Of a stretch of DNA of 19,139 nucleotides, positions 1 through 8,248 are shown piece by piece. Source of the stretch: Candidatus Cloacimonadota bacterium (GTDB lineage: Bacteria > Cloacimonadota > Cloacimonadia > Cloacimonadales > WRIO01). Location of the stretch: positions 1 to 19,139 of the forward strand of contig JAKQQL010000286.1 in NCBI GenBank assembly GCA_029564175.1, written 5' to 3'. Position 1 is the stretch's first letter, and every line of letters begins with the position of its first letter. The notes beneath the pieces were generated by a model. It worked only from the letters and a program-made list of their open reading frames with translations, made no database searches and was not told the DNA's origin. Both the position numbers and the translations under genes were made by a program.

Positions 1-259
1 TTTCTTATGTTTACTTTTATCTATTCATGTAAAAAAGTACTGCTCAGAGTATCAGATAAGTATCGTCACTTTGTTTATGATTTCAAAAATGACATGATTG
101 CCCTGAATGGATTTTCTTTTTACAGAATCTCAAAGATTTTAAAAATGGTTTTTATAGGATATGCAAGCAGAAAAAGAAGAAAAGACAGCGTTTAAAAAGC
201 CTGATCCAAGGCAAATTACACTTGAGACATTCATTTTAGAAAATTTCGGGGTATGCTAA
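1..259 (+). pseudogene. 3' end of a truncated or frameshifted gene, possibly a transposase C-terminus
   Basis: Frame 1 is open from base 1 to TAA at 193-195 (FLMFTFIYSCKK...). An overlapping +1 frame (161-259) reads MQAEKEEKTAFKKPDPRQITLETFILENFGVC*. PDPRQITL resembles the clamp-binding-like QLxL tails of many IS transposases. No catalytic motif is visible, so identity is tentative. Confidence 0.3.
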
Positions 260-294
260 AAGAATTTGTTAAATTGACAATTTCAAATAATCTG

Positions 295-455
295 AAACTA
301 CTCAGGTGTACCTGACTAAAAACATCCTGCTTATAATCTGTCGTTTACTATCATCACCGGCATAACTCAAATGAACGGAGTGCTTGTCATTGTATGTTTG
401 CAGGGGAATACCGTTAACCGTAAGCATTCTGTTAATCAACCCTCCTGAGTAGTTT
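295..455. ncRNA. Candidate structured non-coding element (long imperfect hairpin, 161 nt; 6S-like size, or MITE)
   Basis: Perfect 12-bp inverted repeat AAACTACTCAGG (295-306) / CCTGAGTAGTTT (444-455), with nested pairs TGACTAA/TTAATCA, TGCTTA/TAAGCA and apical GCA-CTC/GAG-TGC. No ORF of 60 aa or more in the track. Confidence 0.45.
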
Positions 456-586
456 TTTATCATTTAATACGATGGAATAAGGTTAAATCCCCTTTTCTCA
501 AAATCATTAGATACAGCTGTCAGCTTCTAAGGCTTAAAAATTGAACCGTCTCATTTCATTAAAATGTCATTAATTAAAAATATTTC

Positions 587-615
587 TTGACAGCTTTTAT
601 TTGCCAATGTATTTT
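587..615 (+). promoter_or_regulatory. Sigma70-type promoter for the plus-strand block
   Basis: TTGACA (587-592), 17-bp spacer, TATTTT (610-615), preceded by an AT-rich UP-like tract. Confidence 0.55.
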
Positions 616-677
616 TGACACAATTACTTACCGGATAGACAAAATTAGAAATAGTGGTGTTAACTCAGGAGATAATC

Positions 678-764
678 ATGGTTATACTATACTATACTAT
701 ACTATACGGGATCAGCTCGTTTAGAAGGAATTTATTTACAGGAACGCATAATAAATTCACTTAG
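678..764 (+). CDS. Putative 28-aa leader peptide containing the pentanucleotide repeat
   Basis: SD AGGAGA (667-672), ATG at 678, MVILYYTILYGISSFRRNLFTGTHNKFT*, TAG at 762-764. It is below the ORF-track cutoff. Confidence 0.4.
   Translation: MVILYYTILYGISSFRRNLFTGTHNKFT
683..707 (+). repeat. Simple sequence repeat (TATAC)x5
   Basis: Five perfect tandem TATAC units read directly from the sequence. Confidence 0.95.
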
Positions 765-817
765 CTTCCATTTTACCCAAAACTTTCTTTAAACAAAAAA
801 TTATAAATGGAGGAATA

Positions 818-1210
818 ATGAAAAAGTCACTTATTACCCTTATGATCGTTGTATTTGCGATATGTTTACTTAGTGCAGATACAGTTACAGTACAGACTTC
901 AAGAGATATCCCTGGTCAAATCCGTGGTTATGTATATCAATCCTATTACCCAAATGGTTCAACTAATCCACAATGGAGAGCTAAAAGCGGAGAAGCAGTG
1001 GTTGTTGTAATCAAACACCGAACTAATAGTTCCTTAGATGTTATAGAAACATTAGCAAGCGGATCAGATGGATTTTATACAACACCTGTTTCAGCTTACT
1101 ATAACCCTGCTGACTATTCTAATGTTACAGTAACATGTCATGGAATTTCAAGAACAGAATCTGTTCAAAATGTAAATCGTTTTGATTTCTACATAGACCG
1201 AGAATTCTAA
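818..1210 (+). CDS. Small secreted protein, probable prealbumin-like / carboxypeptidase-regulatory-like beta-sandwich
   Basis: SD GGAGG at 809-813. Sec signal MKKSLITLMIVVFAICLLSA. The pattern GQIRGYV...GEAVVV...TLASGSDGFY...YSNVTVT matches the GxIxGxV..GaxV..TxxDGxY..YxVxV pattern of this fold. Confidence 0.75.
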   Translation: MKKSLITLMIVVFAICLLSADTVTVQTSRDIPGQIRGYVYQSYYPNGSTNPQWRAKSGEAVVVVIKHRTNSSLDVIETLASGSDGFYTTPVSAYYNPADYSNVTVTCHGISRTESVQNVNRFDFYIDREF

Positions 1211-1217
1211 CAAAATC

Positions 1218-1246
1218 GGCGGCCAGATAAATCTGGCCACCTTTTT
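1218..1246 (+). terminator. Intrinsic terminator/attenuator between the small secreted gene and the CTD gene
   Basis: GGCGGCCAGAT-AA-ATCTGGCCACC stem (one mismatch) followed by TTTTT. The next SD (AAGGAG) starts at 1249. Confidence 0.75.
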
Positions 1247-1260
1247 ATAAGGAGTAATTC

Positions 1261-3459
1261 ATGAAACAAATCATAATAGGTGTCGCTTGGATATTTCTAT
1301 TTATTATCTCATTATCTGCAGAAATTACACAAATAAGCAATATCCGTCTTGATCGGCATATCGTAGATTATGATTCATACAATGGTGCCGTTAACATGCA
1401 TAACAACCATTTATATGTTGAAAATAAAGGAAAGATTGAAGAATATAATATAATGTCTGACGGTAATCTGGAGAGAATCAGTTTTCTGGAAAAGGGTCAA
1501 TTAACTGGAGTTACTTCATTTATTGAAGGTGATTCCCTTTATTACTTTGAGAGGGATGACAATAGTTACTTAATGTCAGTCATAGATATTTCTGTCAGCC
1601 CCATGAGATTTGTTGGCACTATTGATACAGAAATCAACAGATGGTATTCAATGACTAAAGCCATATACAAGCATTATATTTTATTGTCAGACAATGAACA
1701 TGAAAAAATCAGAAAACTAAACAGATTTACATTAGACTACGAAGGGGAACATCAAAATATTTATGGCATCTTTACGGTTGTGGATTCTGTATTGATTTTA
1801 TATGGTAGTATAAATAACGGGAATAACGAAATCTATAGTCTTCGTTTTTTCAATTTGAATCAGGAGAATATAAATTATCCGAATGGTTTCTTTCACGAGG
1901 AAGTATTATCAGATAACGAAGAGCTTGATATAGTCTATTTAAAACATAAAGATAATTTGCTATATGTTTTAGGTTTTGATTACATCAAGGTATTTGATAT
2001 TCATAATATATCAAATCTGCATACAATTTATACACTACATAATTCTACTCCATCTTACTGGTTTTACTATACCGATGCATTACTGATTAATAATAAGCTT
2101 TTTACAGCAGATATAAATTCTCAGATAAAAGTCTATGATATTCAAAATTCTACTCTTGTTTATCAGGAACAAAATACAGGCAATATACAGTATGGGACAT
2201 TCTGTCTTAATTATCCTTACTTATACAGTAATAATGATCATTTTTTGGCTCAATATCAAATAGAAGATAACATCCAATGCGTAAGAAAGTATGGGATTCA
2301 TTACTTATATTCTGCTTATAAGGATAATTATGCAATGACATACGATCCGATCAATAAATACCTAAACTTTTACTCCATTTTCGATAACATGCATTTTTCG
2401 ATATATAAAGAAGGAGTTGAAAGATTTTTAAACATTGATGTTTATGACGGAAAACTATATGTCAGACTAAAAATCAACGGTCAGACATTATTAGAGATTT
2501 ATAGTATTTCAGAAAATCAGTTACAACTAATTAATACCATTACATTTGACACATACCCTCCCTCATGGTTTGATATTATTGGTAATTATATTTATTTTTA
2601 TTGTTATACAGGGCAGAATTTCATTACCAGGGTTTATCGAATAGCAGAAAATGATATAGAATACCACTGCACATTCAACGGGTATCCACAAATAAGCTCT
2701 GGTTACATTAGCAATGAATACATTTATACTTATAATAATGGACATTTATCCTTCAGAGATATCAATGCCCCTGAAAATATTCTTTTTTCCTACCCTATTC
2801 AGGTTCCAAATAATTATGGGACTCATAGAGAAATTTCTATCAATCAGGATTATATGGCTTTGAGTGACCAATATGCATATCTAAAAATTTTTAATATGAA
2901 TAACAACACGCTCATCCCCACCTTCTCAGCTAACTATCCGGAAAATTCTTCTCAGTTAACCCTTTATAATGAAATTCTAAGTATATACAATTCTGATTCT
3001 TCATCGCGAAGCATTTACTACACAGGAAACGGGGCATTAAATGAAATTGGTATATTTGAGTCGAGAGTATCTTCAAGCGACTATTACTACCCGGATCTTA
3101 ACAAAATGATAAGCAGTTCTTCTTCCGGAATCAATCTCTACAGTTTTGATTATACTGTATCAACTGATGATCAGACACTTGCAAAACCAACAGTCATATC
3201 AGTCTATCCTAATCCATGCAGGTCAGACCTTGTAAAATTTTCAGTTACTAACAATACCAAAGTCAAAAACATCTCTGTCTATAACATAAAAGGACAATTA
3301 GTCAATAAATTAGGTAATGAAGCAAAACAAGGGAATGGCATTGAGTTTATCTGGGATAAAAAAGATATGAACGGTAAAACGGTATCAAGTGGTCTGTACC
3401 TTTACAGGGCAGATTCTGAACAGGGAATTATCTCAGGTAAAATGATGATATTAAAGTAA
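1261..3459 (+). CDS. Secreted beta-rich (probable beta-propeller) protein with a C-terminal T9SS-type-A/FlgD-Ig-like sorting domain
   Basis: Signal peptide ending ISLSA. Tyr/Asn/Ile-rich repeated strands such as LYV...IKVFDI and LYV...LLEIYSI (LVIVD-like). CTD: SVYPNP...ISVYNIKGQLV...WDKKDMNGKTVSSGLYLY...GKMMILK. Confidence 0.85.
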   Translation: MKQIIIGVAWIFLFIISLSAEITQISNIRLDRHIVDYDSYNGAVNMHNNHLYVENKGKIEEYNIMSDGNLERISFLEKGQLTGVTSFIEGDSLYYFERDDNSYLMSVIDISVSPMRFVGTIDTEINRWYSMTKAIYKHYILLSDNEHEKIRKLNRFTLDYEGEHQNIYGIFTVVDSVLILYGSINNGNNEIYSLRFFNLNQENINYPNGFFHEEVLSDNEELDIVYLKHKDNLLYVLGFDYIKVFDIHNISNLHTIYTLHNSTPSYWFYYTDALLINNKLFTADINSQIKVYDIQNSTLVYQEQNTGNIQYGTFCLNYPYLYSNNDHFLAQYQIEDNIQCVRKYGIHYLYSAYKDNYAMTYDPINKYLNFYSIFDNMHFSIYKEGVERFLNIDVYDGKLYVRLKINGQTLLEIYSISENQLQLINTITFDTYPPSWFDIIGNYIYFYCYTGQNFITRVYRIAENDIEYHCTFNGYPQISSGYISNEYIYTYNNGHLSFRDINAPENILFSYPIQVPNNYGTHREISINQDYMALSDQYAYLKIFNMNNNTLIPTFSANYPENSSQLTLYNEILSIYNSDSSSRSIYYTGNGALNEIGIFESRVSSSDYYYPDLNKMISSSSSGINLYSFDYTVSTDDQTLAKPTVISVYPNPCRSDLVKFSVTNNTKVKNISVYNIKGQLVNKLGNEAKQGNGIEFIWDKKDMNGKTVSSGLYLYRADSEQGIISGKMMILK

Positions 3460-3478
3460 TATTACAAAACATTACCAT

Positions 3479-4393
3479 TTATTTCTTTGGGCTAAATCTC
3501 TTATTACCGGGATGATAAAGGGCGTGTTCTTCCTGTATAAACCTCAAATCCACATGTGTATAGATCTGAGTGGTTCGGATGGAAGAATGACCTAAGAGTT
3601 CCTGTACAATTCTCAGATTAGCACCCGACTCCAGTAAATGAGTTGCAAATGAATGTCTGATGGTATGCGGGCTGATTGTTTTCATGATTCCTGCCTGCAT
3701 AACTAGTTTCTGTAATATCTTCCAGAAACCCATACGACTCATTTTATGACCATTATAATTTAAAAACAAAATATTAGTCTCTTCATTCTTTTTAAGCTCA
3801 GATCTGGCTCTTTTTTGATAGAATTCCACCCACTCTACTGCAGTCTCATTGATAGGAATAATTCGTTGCTTATTCCCTTTACCTGTTACTCTGATAATCT
3901 CATCATTAAACATCAGGTCAGTTGTTCTCATATTCAGCATTTCTGAGATACGAACACCTGTTGCATACATAAACTCCATTATCGCACGGTTTCTGACGCC
4001 TAATGGAGTATCTGTATCAATGCCATCAAGAAGCTGAAACATTTCCTCAATACTAAGTACATCAGGAATATGCTGATTAAGCTTAACAGAAGGAATTTTA
4101 TCAAAATCAACCTGAGTAGGGTAATCATTTTCCAACATAAAGTCAAAGAAAGATTTGAGTGAGCTTCTCTTCCTCGCCATAGAAGAGGCTTCAAGTCCTA
4201 AATCATAGAGTTCTGACATATATGAAGTAATATCAGAATGGCTCACTTCAGAAAACGTCATCTCTACCCAGCGTATGAACTGATGCAAGTCTTCCAGATA
4301 ACAGGCAATACTAACCTCACTAAGCCCTCGTTCTGCCCTGAGATAAAACTTAAAACGATTTATCAAAGCAGTATCTTTTTCTGTAATAATCAT
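3479..4393 (-). CDS. xerD: Site-specific tyrosine recombinase XerD
   Basis: RNRAIMEFMYATGVRISE, VTGKGNKQR, SRMGFWKIL and SPHTIRHSFATHLLESGANLRIVQELLGHSSIRTTQIYTHV give a complete R-K-H-R-H-Y set. 304 aa with an N-terminal SAM-like domain. Confidence 0.9.
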   Translation of the reverse strand: MIITEKDTALINRFKFYLRAERGLSEVSIACYLEDLHQFIRWVEMTFSEVSHSDITSYMSELYDLGLEASSMARKRSSLKSFFDFMLENDYPTQVDFDKIPSVKLNQHIPDVLSIEEMFQLLDGIDTDTPLGVRNRAIMEFMYATGVRISEMLNMRTTDLMFNDEIIRVTGKGNKQRIIPINETAVEWVEFYQKRARSELKKNEETNILFLNYNGHKMSRMGFWKILQKLVMQAGIMKTISPHTIRHSFATHLLESGANLRIVQELLGHSSIRTTQIYTHVDLRFIQEEHALYHPGNKRFSPKK

Positions 4394-4409
4394 TATATTT
4401 TCTTTTTAT

Positions 4410-4526
4410 TCCGTCCAGATTTGACTTAAGAACCGCCTTAGCGGGACTTGAGTTAAAAACGGACAATATCTGTTACGGGACTTAAGTCGCACTCCGCTCC
4501 GCTTCGTTGCAACTCAAGTCCTGTAA
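4410..4526. repeat. REP/REPIN-like double hairpin built from a GACTT(A/G)AG motif
   Basis: Hairpin 1 (4410-4463): TTTGACTTAAG-AA-CCGC-CTTA-GCGG-GA-CTTGAGTTAAA, with outer TCCGT/ACGGA. Hairpin 2 (4473-4526): TTACGGGACTTAAGTCGCA / TGCAACTCAAGTCCTGTAA, loop CTCCGCTCCGCTTCGT. Confidence 0.7.
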
Positions 4527-4534
4527 TTCATATA

Positions 4535-6000
<1,466 letters not shown>

Positions 6001-6026
6001 TATTTACTCCATACTGACTTTTTAAC

Positions 6027-6055
6027 GAAAAAAACGATTTCCTGTTATTTGTCAA
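6027..6055 (-). promoter_or_regulatory. Possible guaB promoter
   Basis: Perfect TTGACA on the minus strand (6055-6050). The -10 position is only T-rich. SD GGAG at 6010-6007. Confidence 0.3.
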
Positions 6056-6390
6056 GCAATTATCACAAATCTACGTTTTTATATATGAAAAGAGAGCCTG
6101 AATGATCTTTGATCCTTCTCCCATTCCTCTTCCTTTCTCGGAGAATTGTATAAAAACCAAATAGGGATAGAATAGGATTGAAAGAAGATAGTACCATCCA
6201 ATATGAAGTAAATAGTTTTTACTATTTAAATATCTTTTTGATAAATTTGAACAAATTAGTTTTATGTAAAAATATAGGTTATTATCATTGTATTCATATT
6301 CAAGTATTTTTTTTATCCCACCATATTATCAGCCAGAATACCTGAATAGATGAAAAGTATTAGAGATAACAATCTAAAAATACAAATGAG

Positions 6391-6420
6391 AAAAAGAAAA
6401 GGACAGGGTTTAACCTGTCC
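6391..6420 (-). terminator. Intrinsic terminator of the acyl-CoA dehydrogenase gene
   Basis: GGACAGG-GTTTAA-CCTGTCC (6401-6420), followed on the minus strand by TTTTCTTTTT. Confidence 0.85.
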
Positions 6421-6442
6421 ATATTTTTAATTTATAATGTGT

Positions 6443-7588
6443 CTAATATTCTTTTAAAAGATGAGATGCAACGATACCGCGTTGGATTTGATTTGTTCCT
6501 TCATAAATCTGCATAATTTTCGCATCACGCATCATCTTTTCAACAGGGTATTCTTTCATGTAGCCATATCCGCCAAGTATCTGAACCGCATCAGTCGTAA
6601 CTTTCATTGCAACATCAGATGCGAAGTATTTACACATAGCTGATTCTTTTGAGTATTTTGTAATTCCTGCATCAATCATTTTAGCAGTCTGGAAAATCAT
6701 CGCACGAGCAGCTTCAATCTGGGTAGCCATATCTGCAAGCATAAACTGGACAGCCTGGAAGGAAGAAATAGGTTTGCCGAACTGCTGACGTTCTTTTGAG
6801 TATTTCACAGCAATTTCAAGCGCACCCTGTGCAATACCGATTGCCTGAGCTGCAACCATTGGACGTGATTTATCAAAAGTTTTCATAGCGACCATAAAAC
6901 CCATACCTTCTTTTGATATCAGGTTTTCTTTTGGGATACGGCAGTCTTCAAAGATCAGTTCACGTGTAGCAGACGCACGAATACCCATTTTGTTTTCTTT
7001 TTTACCAAAGGTAAATCCAGGGGTATCTTTCTCAACGATAAAGCAAGAACAGCCTCTGGCACCCTTTGTTTTATCAGTCATTGCAAAAACAGTGTAAATC
7101 TCAGCTTCGCCTCCGTTGGTAATCCACTGTTTTGTTCCATTCAATACATAAAAGTCTCCATCGCGGGTAGCAGTTGTCTGAATAGCACCTGCATCAGAGC
7201 CGGCATTCGCTTCAGTCAGAGCAAAAGCAGCCAGCCTTTTCCCTGAAGCAATCTGAGGTAAGTATTTTTGTTTTTGTTCTTCACTACCAGATAACAAAAT
7301 TGGGTACATACCCAGTCCGGTAGCGCCAAATGCCAAAGAAATACCAGCATCCACTTTGCATAGTTCTTCAGTAACAATCGCTAAATCTAATACTTTTCCG
7401 CTTAATCCTTCATATTCTTCAGGCACTAAAACAGAAAAAAGGTCTGATTGAGCCATTATTTCAACGATATCCCATGGGAATATCTGTTCTTCATCGTATT
7501 TTTCTGTTAAAGGTGCAATTTTTTCCTGAGCAATTCTTTTTGCCAAGTCTCTTAATTCAATCTGGTCATCTGTTAAAAAGTAATCCAT
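6443..7588 (-). CDS. Acyl-CoA dehydrogenase (short-chain/butyryl-CoA type)
   Basis: AFALTEANAGSDA, LNGTKQWITNG, KMGIRAS, RQQFGKPI, QILGGYGYMKEYPVEKMMRDAKIMQIYEGTNQIQR (catalytic Glu). Strong SD GGAGG. Confidence 0.95.
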   Translation of the reverse strand: MDYFLTDDQIELRDLAKRIAQEKIAPLTEKYDEEQIFPWDIVEIMAQSDLFSVLVPEEYEGLSGKVLDLAIVTEELCKVDAGISLAFGATGLGMYPILLSGSEEQKQKYLPQIASGKRLAAFALTEANAGSDAGAIQTTATRDGDFYVLNGTKQWITNGGEAEIYTVFAMTDKTKGARGCSCFIVEKDTPGFTFGKKENKMGIRASATRELIFEDCRIPKENLISKEGMGFMVAMKTFDKSRPMVAAQAIGIAQGALEIAVKYSKERQQFGKPISSFQAVQFMLADMATQIEAARAMIFQTAKMIDAGITKYSKESAMCKYFASDVAMKVTTDAVQILGGYGYMKEYPVEKMMRDAKIMQIYEGTNQIQRGIVASHLLKEY

Positions 7589-7664
7589 TTCTCCTCCAGG
7601 TTTTGATTGGAATAATCAATAATTTATCTTTCATTTTTGGTCAAGTAAAAAAGTAACTAGCTTC

Positions 7665-8243
7665 TTAAACATACTTCAAAGCCCTTATATAAGCATAAAC
7701 TGGCTCTGAAACCAAAAATGAGAAGTCTTCATTTTTTTGTATTTTTTCTCTAATCTCTGATGATGAGATATCAATAGGGGGCATTTTAATAAAATGCAAT
7801 CGATCAGTATAATCAAGTTTAGACCATTGATCCCTATCAGAAATATTTCTGGTAAGAACAGCTATCTTTACCTGATCTAACAACATCCGATAATTTTTCC
7901 AGGTTTTTAACTGTGAAACATTATCTTCTCCAATAATAAAGTATATCTCGCGATTCGGGTATTTACTTTTAAAAGAAGAAATTAAATCAATCGTATATGA
8001 TCGTTTTCCATCAACTGAATCCAAATCACTTACAATCACTTTATCCATTCCTGATAAAGCCATTTTTACCATATCGAGTCGCTGATTAAAACTAAACAAG
8101 ACAGATTCTTTTTGTGGGGGATTTGCTGCAGGTAGAATAAATAACTCATCCAATTGTAATTGATCTATTACATTTGTTATGACTGCCTGATGACCCAAAT
8201 GAAATGGGTCAAAAGTACCTCCAAACAGACCTGTTTTATTCAT
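7665..8243 (-). CDS. nadD: Nicotinate-nucleotide adenylyltransferase
   Basis: GLFGGTFDPFHLGH (HxGH), SYTID, FIIGEDN...WKNY, ISSSEIR. Confidence 0.93.
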   Translation of the reverse strand: MNKTGLFGGTFDPFHLGHQAVITNVIDQLQLDELFILPAANPPQKESVLFSFNQRLDMVKMALSGMDKVIVSDLDSVDGKRSYTIDLISSFKSKYPNREIYFIIGEDNVSQLKTWKNYRMLLDQVKIAVLTRNISDRDQWSKLDYTDRLHFIKMPPIDISSSEIREKIQKNEDFSFLVSEPVYAYIRALKYV

Positions 8244-8248
8244 CAGAT

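Noticed and set aside
295..455. Retron msr-msd or a known riboswitch (TPP, cobalamin, lysine)
   Set aside because: No reverse transcriptase in the window, and the conserved riboswitch cores could not be found on either strand.
3479..4526. Integron (integrase plus attC), suggested by a tyrosine recombinase next to hairpins with a CGCTCCGCTTCG loop
   Set aside because: The protein has XerD signatures and lacks the IntI-specific insertion. The hairpins lack RYYYAAC/GTTRRRY core sites, and there is no cassette array.
6245..6272. dif site (TTATGTAAAAA resembles a XerD arm)
   Set aside because: No plausible XerC arm at 6-bp spacing; expected by chance in AT-rich DNA.
6001..6390. Purine riboswitch upstream of guaB
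   Set aside because: A minus-strand ATAATATGG is present, but the GTTTCTAC junction and P1-P3 architecture are missing.
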